A stretch of 64,000 nt of DNA from Spirochaetia bacterium (GTDB lineage Bacteria > Spirochaetota > Spirochaetia > CAKZLE01): NCBI GenBank assembly GCA_963677595.1, contig OY782041.1, positions 512,001 through 576,000 of the forward strand. Direction: 5' to 3'. How positions within the stretch are numbered: the stretch's first letter is position 1; every line of letters begins with the position of its first letter. Made by a program: the position numbers and the translations under genes. Below the pieces are notes generated by a model. It was not told the origin of the DNA, ran no database searches, and was given only the letters and a program-made list of their open reading frames with translations. Below are positions 1 to 10,157 of the stretch, piece by piece.

Positions 1-312
1 AACATACCATCCTCCCCTGCATTCCCAAGCCTCAACCTCTCCCAGGCAGTACAGGTGATCACCTACACACTCTTCCGCACCCTTACTCCGAAGGCAGGGT
101 ACCTGCCGATCGACCGGGAGCGGCTCGACGGGGTGACCGGTACGATTGCCGATTCATTCGAGCAGATCGATTTCTACAAGCAGGATGAGCAGGAGGAGGT
201 CCGGCGTTTCTTCCGGGACATCCTCGGGCGGGCAGCCCTCTCAGAGGCTGAGGCGGCACGGGTCGAGAAGATGTTCACCAAGATGGCAAGGATCAAGATC
301 CATAAGTCATGA
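1..312 (+). CDS. TrmJ/TrmH SPOUT RNA methyltransferase, 3' part (cut by the window edge)
   Basis: Frame +1 from base 1 reads IPSSPAFPSLNLSQAVQVITY, the SPOUT motif 3, followed by a TrmJ-like helical C-terminus. Confidence 0.8.
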   Translation, partial: NIPSSPAFPSLNLSQAVQVITYTLFRTLTPKAGYLPIDRERLDGVTGTIADSFEQIDFYKQDEQEEVRRFFRDILGRAALSEAEAARVEKMFTKMARIKIHKS

Positions 313-352
313 GTACCGTGATAGAATAGGACATACGAACCAGGAGGCTGGA

Positions 353-1269
353 GTGAAGAGTATAGAGAAGAGAATCAACGCGTTCGGGTACCTCGATGAG
401 CTCATCGAAGGCTATGAGGCCTCATCCGGGGCGAACTTCATCAACGAGCGGAGGCTTCCCAACCTGCTGGCGATCAAGAACATCCTCGACACGCTGTTGG
501 AGATCCTCTTTCCCGGGGTCTCCGGCTCCCGGGACATCACGAGCGACAACCTCGTCTTCGTGATCGGGGACCTTCTGAGCACTGTCCGGTCCGAGCTGCG
601 GGATCAGATCGCCATGGCCTTCAAGCACCAGTGCAACGAGAAGGAGTGCGGCCATACGCTCTGCGACGATAAGGCGGACACCGCCGCGGATACCCTGCTC
701 GGCAGGCTCCCCGCGATCCGGAGATCCTCAAGGAGGATGTGGCAGCAGCCTATGCGGGGGATCCCGCAGCAACCTCAGAAGAGGAGGTGGTCATCTGCTA
801 CCCCGGGGTGCGGGCCCTTGCCATCCACCGGTTATCACATGAACTCTACAAGCTCGGGATACCCCTCATACCCCGGATGATGAGCGAGACCGCCCATAAG
901 GAGACCGGGATAGACATCCACCCCGGGGCTCAGATCGAGGAGGGATTCTTCATCGACCACGGCACCGGTGTGGTCATCGGGGAGACGACGATCATCGGCA
1001 GGCATGTCAAACTCTACCAGGGGGTAACCCTCGGGGCCTTGAGTTTCCCGAAGGATGACCGGGGCAACCTCGTCAGGGGCCAGAAGCGACACCCGACTAT
1101 CGGGGACAACGTCACGATCTATGCCCATGCCACCATCCTCGGGGATGTGACCATCGAGAACGGGGCTGTCATCGGGGGTAATGTCTGGCTGAAAGAGGAT
1201 GTCGATGCCCATACGGTCGTGACCAGTGAGGAACGCCCGGTCAACTACTTCAAGAAATCTAGGAAGTGA
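353..1269 (+). pseudogene. cysE: Serine O-acetyltransferase (EpsC type), frameshifted near 720
   Basis: AGGAGG then GTG at 353. The N-terminal frame ends LPAIR; the C-terminal frame has [27 protein letters not shown] and KRHPT. One missing G at ~720 would restore LPAIREILKEDV. Confidence 0.8.
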
Positions 1270-2359
1270 GCAGCGTATCGATGATCCCGCCGCCGAGCAC
1301 ATAATCCCCGCAGTAGAAGACTGCCGACTGTCCCGGGGTGACCGAGGCGGGCTCGTCAAGCTGGACGAGGATCCGGTCAGACATCCGTGCGATCCTGCAC
1401 GGCCTCTCCGGTGAGTTGTACCGGATCTTCACCATGATCCGGCCCTCTTCGGCCAGTTGGGCAGTACGGTCGGCTGGGATGAACCAGTTCTCGTCAGTGA
1501 GACTGAACATGTCATCGAGCAGGGACTCCTGCCTCCCGACAACCACCTGGTTCTTTGCAGGATCGAGCCGCTTCACATACCAGGGACCGTTCCCCAGTCC
1601 CAGGCCCTGCCGCTGCCCGATGGTATAGAACATGTACCCGCGGTGGGTGCCGAGCCGGTTGCCCTCCTCATCCACGATCGGTCCCTCACGGCGCACTACC
1701 TTCTCAGAGAATATCTCGATGAGCTTGTCGGTGTATTTCCCCGGGATGAAGCAGATATCCTGGCTCTCCTTCACGCTAGAGTTGGGGAAGCCCTCCCTCA
1801 GGGCGATCTCGACGATCTCCTCCTTCGTATACTCCCCAAGCGGGAACCGTACATGGGGGAGGATCTCCTTCGGGATGCGGTAGAGCATGTAGGACTGGTC
1901 CTTCTTACGATCTTTCCCCTTCTCCACACAGACATGTCCATCGAAGGTCGAGACCCTGGCATAATGGCCGGTTGCGAAGAGGAGGTCTTCAGGATCTGCA
2001 CAGATCCCGGAGGTGAGTGCCTGTTCCCGGCACCGTTCGAAGAAGGCCGTGAACCTGATCCGCTCGTTACAGCGGACACAGGGGTTGGGGGTCCTCCCGT
2101 CATAGTACTCATGGGCGAAGTCATCGATGACCGCCTCATTGAAGGCATCGACCATATTGAACCGCCAGTACGGGATGCCGAACCGTTCGGCGAGCCGTGC
2201 AGCCCTCCCGAGCGTCTCGTCATTGCAGGTCAGCGAATCCGTACAGATATCATGGGAAGCGCCGATAAGGCAGGGGTACTCTTTTCCAAGCAGGTAGAGC
2301 GCGACCGAGGAGTCCACTCCCCCGCTCATCCCGACTATCACACATTGCTCATTACTCAT
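1259..2359 (-). CDS. mnmA: tRNA-specific 2-thiouridylase
   Basis: [34 protein letters not shown] and TPGQSAVFY motifs. Confidence 0.95.
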   Translation of the reverse strand: MSNEQCVIVGMSGGVDSSVALYLLGKEYPCLIGASHDICTDSLTCNDETLGRAARLAERFGIPYWRFNMVDAFNEAVIDDFAHEYYDGRTPNPCVRCNERIRFTAFFERCREQALTSGICADPEDLLFATGHYARVSTFDGHVCVEKGKDRKKDQSYMLYRIPKEILPHVRFPLGEYTKEEIVEIALREGFPNSSVKESQDICFIPGKYTDKLIEIFSEKVVRREGPIVDEEGNRLGTHRGYMFYTIGQRQGLGLGNGPWYVKRLDPAKNQVVVGRQESLLDDMFSLTDENWFIPADRTAQLAEEGRIMVKIRYNSPERPCRIARMSDRILVQLDEPASVTPGQSAVFYCGDYVLGGGIIDTLLTS

Positions 2360-2398
2360 ACCCCATCATACGGGAAACACCGGACTCTTGCAATCTGC

Positions 2399-3766
2399 TT
2401 ATACCGAGGTAAGGATCCTGCCGCCGCAGGGCGGTATGCTGACCCAACTCACCCCGTTCTCGATATAGATCCGTTCTCCCCCCGCAAGGCGGTCGGTGAA
2501 GAACCGCCTGTCATGGACGCCGGAGAGCTGGATATGAACCGGCTCGCCGGTCATGTTTATCAGCACCACGGTCTCCTCATCCCCATAGCCTCGACAGAAG
2601 CCGAAGTACCCGTTGGAGAGGACCGCCTGGCGGTAGTCCCCGTACCGGAGGGCGGGATCCGATCCCCTGATATCGATCAGCTGGCCGATGAATGACGCAA
2701 GCGCATCATCTCCCTCGAACCCGGGACTCAGGCGGGGGCGAAGTCCCCGGTCCGAGGTCCCGGTCCTCTTTCCGGTCATACCCTTCTCGCTCCCGTAATA
2801 GACAGACGGGACCCCGGGCATCGTCATCAGCAGGAGGTAGAGGGTATGCAGGTGCTTCTTCTCATGGAGGAGACTCGCTACCCGGTCCACGTCATGGTTG
2901 TCCACGAAATTGTAGAGCGGGCGTCCCTTCGAGATCCCCTCGCTGCCGAACTGCCTGCCAAGCTCGTAGGCGATCTCAAAACAGTTCAGGTCATTGTGTG
3001 AGGAGTAGAGCGCCTTATAACACTGGTAGTTGGTAACGGAGTCCAGCATGTCGTAGGTACGGTAGTCCCCGTGGATCACCTCCCCGAGCAGGATGAAGTC
3101 CTCCCGGCAGGAGCGGCAGACAGCCCTGAGTTCCCGCATGAAGTCCTTATCGAGGCAGTAGGCCACATCGAGGCGGAGACCCGAGATCCCGAAGTCATCG
3201 ATCCAGCCCCGTACGGCAGAGAAGAGGTATTCCCGCAGCCCGCGGTTCCCCAGGTTCAGCTCCACCAGTTCAGGATGTCCCTCCCAGCACCGGTAGGAGA
3301 AGGGCTCGTACCCGTTCGGTTTGGAAAGATCGATGTAGAACCAGTCCAGGTAGGGGGAGGCCTCCCCCCTGGCGATCACGTCCTGGAACGCGAAGAACCC
3401 CTTCCCCACATGGTTGAACACCCCATCGAACATCAGCCGGATGCCGGAAGAAGCGAACTGGCCTGCCGCCCATATCATGTCCTCCCGTGAGCCAAGCCGT
3501 CTGTCTATCTGCAGGAAATCGACCGTATCATAGCCGTGGTACTCGGACTCTAAGACAGGTCCGAGCAGCAGGGTATCGAAGCCGGACTCCTGCAGGTACG
3601 GGATCCACCCCGTGAGCTGGGCGAGCCTGTTCACGTGCGGATCTCTATCCGCATCGAGCGCACCGAGCATCCCTAGCGGGTAGCTGTGGTAGATGCAGGC
3701 ATCCTCGAACCAGCTGTGTGCTCCATCATTATCAATATACTTACCATTCGGTATATTCGTGTTCAT
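2399..3766 (-). CDS. GH13 alpha-amylase / neopullulanase-like glycosidase
   Basis: YHGYD, DGVFNH, GLRLDVA, GEVIH and FVDNHD conserved GH13 regions. Confidence 0.9.
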   Translation of the reverse strand: MNTNIPNGKYIDNDGAHSWFEDACIYHSYPLGMLGALDADRDPHVNRLAQLTGWIPYLQESGFDTLLLGPVLESEYHGYDTVDFLQIDRRLGSREDMIWAAGQFASSGIRLMFDGVFNHVGKGFFAFQDVIARGEASPYLDWFYIDLSKPNGYEPFSYRCWEGHPELVELNLGNRGLREYLFSAVRGWIDDFGISGLRLDVAYCLDKDFMRELRAVCRSCREDFILLGEVIHGDYRTYDMLDSVTNYQCYKALYSSHNDLNCFEIAYELGRQFGSEGISKGRPLYNFVDNHDVDRVASLLHEKKHLHTLYLLLMTMPGVPSVYYGSEKGMTGKRTGTSDRGLRPRLSPGFEGDDALASFIGQLIDIRGSDPALRYGDYRQAVLSNGYFGFCRGYGDEETVVLINMTGEPVHIQLSGVHDRRFFTDRLAGGERIYIENGVSWVSIPPCGGRILTSV

Positions 3767-3785
3767 AAAAAATATCCATCTCCTC

Positions 3786-4364
3786 TCACAATGAATAGAT
3801 CCCGTACATGTACTGCTTGATCACGGCCTCTGGACTCCACTGGCCGCCATTCTTCCCGGAGTACAGCTGATGGAGCAGGAAGTTGTTCAGGGTCCCGGTA
3901 AGGATCAAAGCCAGCAGCTCCTCATGGCCCCTGAGGTTCCCGTGCTCCGGGACGGAGCGTACGAAGAGGTCCCGGAAGACACCCCTGAAGCGCTCCATGA
4001 AGGGGGAGATCACCGAGCTAGCCGCATGTGTTGCGGGAAGGTAGGTACAGGAGAGCTGGAGGGAGGCCGAAGCCCTGTGGTCCAGGCCATACCGGGAGAA
4101 GACAGTCGCCAGGTCGACCAGCACCTTCGCGAGGTCCCCGGAATACCCTGCAGCCGTCGCCTCGAGCGCCCTCAGCAGCGGTTCGAAGTGATTCCTGCAT
4201 ACTGCATCAAGGAGCCCCTGCTTGCTGGAAAAGTAGTAGTAGAGGGTAGGTTTCGTTACCTCCGCGGCATCGACGATCTCCTGAATACCCACAGCGTCAT
4301 AACCTTTCTCGGAGAAGAGTCGTGTTGCTGCTGAGATGAGGATCTCCCGTTTCGTCTGTTCCAT
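3786..4364 (-). CDS. TetR-family transcriptional regulator
   Basis: N-terminal HTH (LFSEKGY...TKPTLYYYFSSK); ATG at 4364 lies 6 nt after TATAAT. Confidence 0.9.
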   Translation of the reverse strand: MEQTKREILISAATRLFSEKGYDAVGIQEIVDAAEVTKPTLYYYFSSKQGLLDAVCRNHFEPLLRALEATAAGYSGDLAKVLVDLATVFSRYGLDHRASASLQLSCTYLPATHAASSVISPFMERFRGVFRDLFVRSVPEHGNLRGHEELLALILTGTLNNFLLHQLYSGKNGGQWSPEAVIKQYMYGIYSL

Positions 4365-4370
4365 ACGGCT

Positions 4371-4438
4371 ATTATATACCGAACGGTAAGTAAGTGTCAA
4401 GGGTTTTTAATTGACACCTACCCTCTTTCAGGTACAAT
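4371..4438. promoter_or_regulatory. Divergent sigma70 promoters with a probable TetR operator
   Basis: Minus: TTGACA(4395-4400)-18-TATAAT(4371-4376). Plus: TTGACA(4411-4416)-16-TACAAT(4433-4438). Palindrome TACCGAACGGTA at 4377-4388. Confidence 0.7.
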
Positions 4439-4445
4439 GGTCACT

Positions 4446-5264
4446 ATGAACAGATCCTTCTTTTCACCAATACCCAGGATCCTCGCCCACAGGGGAGACT
4501 CGGCATGCTACCCGGAGAACACCCTTCCCGCCTTCGAGAGCGCCAGGGACCTCGGGGTAGATGTCATCGAGACCGATGTCCATATCACGAAGGACGGCAA
4601 GGTCATCATCTGGCATGATGACACCCTTGACCGAGAAACCAACGGATCAGGGATCGTGGAAGCCCACACGATGACTGAACTCCTCTCTCTCGATGCCGGG
4701 TATAACTTCTCCAACGATGACAGTCTTTCCTTCCCTTTCCGGGGAAAGGGGGTCAAGATGCTCCCCTTCGAGGAGGCCCTTGAGGCCCTCCCTGACATGC
4801 GGTTCAACGTGGACCTGAAGACGAAGGACACAGCACTCGGGGATGCCTTCATCGAGATCGTACGGAGACAGAAGGCCCAGGACCGGGTCCTCTGTGCGAG
4901 CTTCCACTCTTCCAACCTCCTTCATGTCCGGAAGGCTGCCCCTGAGATAGGGACGAGCATGGCGACCGGGGAGGTGCTCAAACTCCTCCTGCTCCAGAAG
5001 CTCCACCTGCCGGTCAGGAAGGAAGCCATCCCGGGGATCGCTTTCCAGGTCCCGGTGAGCCAGGGACCGATCACAGTGATCACCCCTGGGTTCATCCGGA
5101 GGTTCCACGAGTTAGGGCTGTTCATCCAGGTATGGACGATAAACGATGCAGATGAGATGCAGAGGCTGCTCACTCTGGGTGTGGACGGGATCTTCACTGA
5201 CGATCCAAGGCTCCTGCTGGAGGTCGCGGGAAGAAATGAGGCCTCAGGCGGGTCAAACGGATGA
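4446..5264 (+). CDS. Glycerophosphodiester phosphodiesterase
   Basis: AHRG, PENT, ETDV and DGIFTD motifs. Confidence 0.9.
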   Translation: MNRSFFSPIPRILAHRGDSACYPENTLPAFESARDLGVDVIETDVHITKDGKVIIWHDDTLDRETNGSGIVEAHTMTELLSLDAGYNFSNDDSLSFPFRGKGVKMLPFEEALEALPDMRFNVDLKTKDTALGDAFIEIVRRQKAQDRVLCASFHSSNLLHVRKAAPEIGTSMATGEVLKLLLLQKLHLPVRKEAIPGIAFQVPVSQGPITVITPGFIRRFHELGLFIQVWTINDADEMQRLLTLGVDGIFTDDPRLLLEVAGRNEASGGSNG

Positions 5265-6121
5265 GCAGACAGGTCATCTGTGAGCCAGTGCTCACGACAA
5301 AGCAGGTCGAGGATATCCTCCAGCTCTATGCTCTATGCAATGCCGAAGATTCCACTTCCTACACCTTCGACCCAGAAGATAATTTCAGGAAGGGGGATGA
5401 GGTGAACACCTTCGGCCTCTATGAGGGGGACAGGCTCATCGCTGCCCTCACGATCTTCGCCCCCACGCAGCGGGAAGCGGAGATCACCGCACTTACCCTC
5501 CCCGGGAAGAGGAGGTCAGGCTGCTTCAGCTCACTCATGAGGTATGCGCTAAAAGAGATCCAGCGCCGAGGGATCGTATCCATCCTCCTGGTATGTGATG
5601 CGGAATCAGAAGACGGGTTGGGAACCATCTCCGGTATGGGTGCAGCATACGAATACTCCGAGTACCTGATGGCCTACCGGGCAGGGACGCCAGCGGTCAC
5701 AAGGTCAGGAGTGGCCGTATCAGAAGCAGTACCATCGGAGAGAGAGCGGCTGGCATACATCAACCATGCAGCCTTCAGCAGTGACCTGTCCGAAGCGCGG
5801 AGTATCATAGACGAGTTCCTGCACAGCACACGAAGGAGGCTGTACACCATCAGGTTCAACGAGGACATCGTCGGCATGATCGGTGTCTATGACGAATCTA
5901 CCCGGGAGTATTTGTACGGGTTCTGCATCGAACCGAAGTTCCAGCATATGGGTATCGGGAGCCATGCATTAGCAGAGGCTGTGAGGACCTGCTCACATGG
6001 AGAGAAGGAGATCACTCTGGAGGTCCAGGCAGGTAACAGGCATGCGCTGCGCGTCTATGAACGTGCAGGTTTCGCTGTACAAGCTGAATTCAGGTATTAT
6101 CGTATGGGAATGCAGGTATGA
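5261..6121 (+). CDS. Tandem-domain GNAT acetyltransferase
   Basis: QHMGIG acetyl-CoA motif and N..ALRVYERAGF. Confidence 0.8.
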   Translation: MSRQVICEPVLTTKQVEDILQLYALCNAEDSTSYTFDPEDNFRKGDEVNTFGLYEGDRLIAALTIFAPTQREAEITALTLPGKRRSGCFSSLMRYALKEIQRRGIVSILLVCDAESEDGLGTISGMGAAYEYSEYLMAYRAGTPAVTRSGVAVSEAVPSERERLAYINHAAFSSDLSEARSIIDEFLHSTRRRLYTIRFNEDIVGMIGVYDESTREYLYGFCIEPKFQHMGIGSHALAEAVRTCSHGEKEITLEVQAGNRHALRVYERAGFAVQAEFRYYRMGMQV

Positions 6122-6136
6122 GGGGCTTAAAACAAT

Positions 6137-6164
6137 TCAGCCATCCGATTGCTCGAATGGCTGA
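6137..6164. terminator. Hairpin terminator between the GNAT gene and tRNA-Asp
   Basis: TCAGCCAT...ATGGCTGA inverted repeat between convergent genes. Confidence 0.6.
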
Positions 6165-6169
6165 TGTGT

Positions 6170-6243
6170 CGGGAGCGACGGGGATTGAACCCGCGATCTC
6201 CGGCTTGACAGGCCGGCGCGATAACCAGCTTCGCCACGCCCCC
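6170..6243 (-). tRNA. tRNA-Asp(GTC)
   Basis: GGGGGCG/CGCTCCC acceptor stem, CCGGC-CTGTCAA-GCCGG anticodon arm, GGTTCAATCC T-loop. Confidence 0.95.
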
Positions 6244-6280
6244 TTGACTTGAAAGAATTTGCCCTATTTGCCCGGTTTTG

Positions 6281-6925
6281 TCAACCCTTTTGCGTGAAAA
6301 TGGCCCCGTTTTTTCCGCACTCCCCTACTGTAAGGGATAACTCTTTTCCCAGTATAGAGAAAGAGTCAATTGAGAAAAAGGAGATGTGAGTCGGGTCCTC
6401 CTTGTACCACCAGGAGCTGAAGGCTTCCTGATCCATGTTCCCAGTGGTCATGGTCCTGATGACCATCCGTCCTCCAGGAGCCAACAAATCTCCCAAGCGG
6501 GAGAGTGTATCGACTGGATCGGCAAGGTGTTCGATGACCTCGAGCAGGATGATGAGGTCATACTGCTTTTCGGAATACGAGGGGTCCTCACAGAAGTAGC
6601 GGTCGTATGAAGTAACCTCGAACCCCAGCCTGCGAAGCAGGATGGACAGGACCGGTTCTGGTCCTGAACCGAAGTCGAGGATCGATGCTCCTATGGGGCA
6701 GTTCGGCAGGACCGACTGTTTGATGAACTTCTCAAGATAGGCAATATACCCGGTATTCTCGAAGCTGTTGTCATGCAGCAGGTACCGCTGCTTCTCATCA
6801 GGCTCACCGAGCCTGCAGGATTCATCCAGCTGGATAAATCCGCAGTGTTCACAGCGATGGTACCTCCGCGTACCGCGTGAATAGAACAGTGAGAAGCTTT
6901 CAGATATGCAGACAGGACATACCAT
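6281..6925 (-). CDS. Class I SAM-dependent methyltransferase with N-terminal zinc ribbon
   Basis: CPVC and CEHC; LDFGSGP, EVIEH and WWYKEDPTH. Confidence 0.85.
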   Translation of the reverse strand: MVCPVCISESFSLFYSRGTRRYHRCEHCGFIQLDESCRLGEPDEKQRYLLHDNSFENTGYIAYLEKFIKQSVLPNCPIGASILDFGSGPEPVLSILLRRLGFEVTSYDRYFCEDPSYSEKQYDLIILLEVIEHLADPVDTLSRLGDLLAPGGRMVIRTMTTGNMDQEAFSSWWYKEDPTHISFFSIDSFSILGKELSLTVGECGKNGAIFTQKG

Positions 6926-6993
6926 CTGTACATCATAGCAAACTATTTGCTTTCCTGGTACTCCCCCCGTATACTGTGATCAAGGAGGCGTCT

Positions 6994-7923
6994 ATGTCAG
7001 GATCGATCATTCTCTACTTCCAGGAACATGCGAACAGTTTCCTTGACCTCCTGATGCAGGGTATAACGATGGCAGGAGAGCAGATGGTCTTCATTGCCGT
7101 CATCACCTTCATCATCTGGAACATCTCGAAACGAAGCGGCTACATGCTTACCTACACCCTCATGACCTCCTCGATCCTGAACGGGCTGCTCAAGCTGATC
7201 GTCCACTCCCCGAGGCCCTTTCAGGTGCTCGAGGGTATCGAGGGCAAGAGGCTCTCCACCGCAGAGGGATACTCCTTCCCCAGCGGGCATACCCAGGGAG
7301 CGGTCACCTTCTATACAGGTGTTGCTCTCTGCCTGAAGAAGCGGCGGTATATGGCGGCTGCCGTGATCATTGCCGGTCTCGTAGGGCTCTCACGGGTCTA
7401 CCTCGGCGTCCACTGGCCGATCGACGTCATCGGCGGGTTCACGATCGGGCTGCTCTATACCCTGGTCATGTTCACGCTCTTGGAGAGACTCATTGACGAT
7501 CCTATATTCAGGCAGCGGCTGAATCTCATAACGGCAGGTATCTCAGCAGCGGGACTGCTGGTCCTCATTCCTCTGGCTTCAGGGGATTCTGTCCATTATG
7601 AGCAGTACCACAGCCTGATCAAACTCCTGTCGATCACCGGCGGGTTCACGATCGCCTCCTTCTTCGAGGAACGGCAGGTCCACTACGATACCGCCGGGTC
7701 ACTGATGATCAAGCTGCTCAGGTACGTCATCGGCCTTGCAGGAGCCCTGCTTATCATGTACGGATTCAAGCTGATCCTGCCGACCCATGAGATCTCGACG
7801 GTGATTCGCTATGCAGGAGCCGCACTCTGGGCCTTCTACCTCTACCCGCTGATCGGCATCAGGATCCGCATGGATTCTGACGGTACGACCCTGTTCACCG
7901 TATTGACTCCTCCAAATGATTAG
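6994..7923 (+). CDS. PAP2-family membrane phosphatase
   Basis: K..V..PRP, SFPSGH and SRVYLGVHW motifs; AGGAGG before ATG 6994. Confidence 0.9.
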   Translation: MSGSIILYFQEHANSFLDLLMQGITMAGEQMVFIAVITFIIWNISKRSGYMLTYTLMTSSILNGLLKLIVHSPRPFQVLEGIEGKRLSTAEGYSFPSGHTQGAVTFYTGVALCLKKRRYMAAAVIIAGLVGLSRVYLGVHWPIDVIGGFTIGLLYTLVMFTLLERLIDDPIFRQRLNLITAGISAAGLLVLIPLASGDSVHYEQYHSLIKLLSITGGFTIASFFEERQVHYDTAGSLMIKLLRYVIGLAGALLIMYGFKLILPTHEISTVIRYAGAALWAFYLYPLIGIRIRMDSDGTTLFTVLTPPND

Positions 7924-7953
7924 AATACTATCTAATTATCTAAAGAGGATGCT

Positions 7954-8217
7954 ATGGGTAATGTCTATAAGGCGCTCTCCGACCCCACACGACGTTCGAT
8001 GCTCTCGCTGCTGAAGGATTCCGATCTCACTGCAGGGGCGATCGCCGACCAGTTCCAGATGACTGCACCCTCGATCTCCCACCATCTCTCCATCCTCCAT
8101 GACGCAGGACTCGTGACCCGAAGGAAACAGGGCCAGCATGTCATCTACTCGATAAACACGACAGTCCTCCAGGATGTGATGAACTGGCTCATGGGACTGC
8201 AGAAGGACGCACCATGA
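7954..8217 (+). CDS. ArsR-family autorepressor, SdpR-like
   Basis: KALSDPTRR..L..L and SISHHL ArsR HTH; coupled to the SdpI-like gene. Confidence 0.85.
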   Translation: MGNVYKALSDPTRRSMLSLLKDSDLTAGAIADQFQMTAPSISHHLSILHDAGLVTRRKQGQHVIYSINTTVLQDVMNWLMGLQKDAP

Positions 8218-8870
8218 AAGCATACAAACGGTTCTATTACCTCTTCATCCCTATTGCCCTATCATTGATCGCGACCCTCGTCATCTACTCGAAGCTCCCC
8301 GACCAGGTTCCCTCACACTGGAACGCAGCCGGGGAGGTCGACAGCTACAAACCACGGTACTTCGTCATCTTCACCGCCCTGCTCCCGGCCCTGTTCATCT
8401 GGCTACTGAGCGTCATCCCTGCAATCGACCCGAGGGCGAAGAGTTATGAGCAGCACAAGAAGGCATACTCCATCACCGCTGTCTTCGTCGTCATCTTCAT
8501 CCTGGCCATCCACTGGTTCTCCATCCTGGCGTCTCTCGGCATCATCCTCCAGATAGAGTATGCGATCAAGCCGATGATCGGTATCCTATTCATCATCATA
8601 GGGAACTACCTGCCCCAGGCAAAGCAGAACTACACCTACGGGATCAGGACTCCCTGGACACTCGACAACGAGGAGGTCTGGCGGAAGACGACCAGGGTCG
8701 GTGGAAAGGGGTTCGTCATCTGCGGGATCATTATCACCCTGACCGTCCTGCTCCCGGCAAGGCCCTCGTTCTGGATCGTGTCTGGGTCGATCGTCTCGCT
8801 GATCGTCCTGATCTTCCTCTACTCATACCTCGTCTACACGAGACTGGCAAGACAGGGAGACAAACCCTGA
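8214..8870 (+). CDS. SdpI-family immunity membrane protein (DUF1648 + SdpI)
   Basis: LPDQVPSHWN..G.VD and GIRTPWTL...VWRKT motifs. Confidence 0.85.
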   Translation: MKAYKRFYYLFIPIALSLIATLVIYSKLPDQVPSHWNAAGEVDSYKPRYFVIFTALLPALFIWLLSVIPAIDPRAKSYEQHKKAYSITAVFVVIFILAIHWFSILASLGIILQIEYAIKPMIGILFIIIGNYLPQAKQNYTYGIRTPWTLDNEEVWRKTTRVGGKGFVICGIIITLTVLLPARPSFWIVSGSIVSLIVLIFLYSYLVYTRLARQGDKP

Positions 8871-8980
8871 TCTTCGTAATATTTCACGTTATCTAGTGAC
8901 ATAAAACGCAAAGCACCGTAGTATAGTCCATGTGCCTCCCGTTAGGCGCAGAGAATTCTTTAATGAGATGAGTAATACAT

Positions 8981-10144
8981 ATGAGAAAGATAACAACTGG
9001 GCAATTCAATGATTCCCTCTATCCAATCATGGATGGAGTTGGTCTGGTAGCACGGAACTATGCCTACTGGCTGAATGAGAAATATGGGACCGGGTACTGT
9101 ATCGGGCCAAAAGTCCCCGGCTTCGTCGACACTGAGGACTTCATCATTCGCTTCCCGACAATCCCTATCCCAGGAAACGCCCCCTACCGGTATGGCCTGC
9201 CCTGGCTCAAGGGATTCTACAGCAGGATCGACTCGATACCTTTTGATCTGGTCCATACCCACTGTCCTTTCGTAAGCGGAAAAGTGGCCCTGCATGTTAA
9301 AAGGAAACGGAACATTCCATTAGTGACTACCTTCCACTCGAAATACCGGGATGATTTCAAACGGGCATTCAAGACAGAGACTTTTGCAGATATGGCAGTG
9401 AAGCAGATCATGAAATTCTATGATCAAGCAGATCTTGTATGGGTCCCCAATGAACCGACGATAGATGTCCTGAGATCTTATGGGTTCAAAGGCACCATCG
9501 AGGTAAGTATCAACGGTACAGACCTTATCAGCCCGACAGAGCAGGAGCTTGCAAGCCTCAAAGCAGCCGGGTATAGGAACTCTGGTGCCAAAGAGGGGGA
9601 TTTCATCCTGCTCTTCGTAGGACAGCACCGGTGGGAGAAGAACACGAAACTGATGATAGACGGTCTCAAGGAGATCTCTGACTCTGGCTATGCCTTCAAG
9701 GCATTCTTCATTGGGACAGGTCCTGAAGCCGATGAGATGAAACGGATGGCTTCTTCTTATGGCCTTGATGACAAGGTTGAGTTCAAGGGAGTGATACGTG
9801 ATCGTGAGGTGCTGAAATCATATTATGCAATCAGTGACATCTTCATGTTCCCGTCTCTTTACGATACTGCCTCTCTTGTCATGCGGGAGGCCGCAGCATT
9901 CAAGGTACCCACCGTCCTGGTCCGGGAGGCATCTACAGCAAAAGGGGTCGAAGACGGTAAGAACGGGTTCCTGATAGATAACGACTCTTCTTCCTTAGCC
10001 CAGAAGATCATCTATGCCATAGACCATCCGGAAGCACGTGATGCCGCAGGAGAGGGGGCGCAGAAGACTATCTACCTCCCCTGGGAAAAGGTGGTTGACC
10101 AAGTGCATGACAGATATCTGAAGATTATCAGGGATTATACATAG
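8981..10144 (+). CDS. GT4 glycosyltransferase (diacylglycerol glucosyltransferase-like)
   Basis: DSLYPIMDGV, HTHCPF and FMFPSLYDT...EAAA. Confidence 0.8.
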   Translation: MRKITTGQFNDSLYPIMDGVGLVARNYAYWLNEKYGTGYCIGPKVPGFVDTEDFIIRFPTIPIPGNAPYRYGLPWLKGFYSRIDSIPFDLVHTHCPFVSGKVALHVKRKRNIPLVTTFHSKYRDDFKRAFKTETFADMAVKQIMKFYDQADLVWVPNEPTIDVLRSYGFKGTIEVSINGTDLISPTEQELASLKAAGYRNSGAKEGDFILLFVGQHRWEKNTKLMIDGLKEISDSGYAFKAFFIGTGPEADEMKRMASSYGLDDKVEFKGVIRDREVLKSYYAISDIFMFPSLYDTASLVMREAAAFKVPTVLVREASTAKGVEDGKNGFLIDNDSSSLAQKIIYAIDHPEARDAAGEGAQKTIYLPWEKVVDQVHDRYLKIIRDYT

Positions 10145-10157
10145 AGAGGTTATAGAG

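Noticed and set aside
1457-2695. Long antisense ORFs (also 11611-12702 and 57757-58563)
   Set aside because: Shadow frames of GC3-rich real genes, with no motifs or RBS
7954-8870. SdpR/SdpI as immunity for the prophage peptide
   Set aside because: A common host module outside the prophage; proximity is the only link
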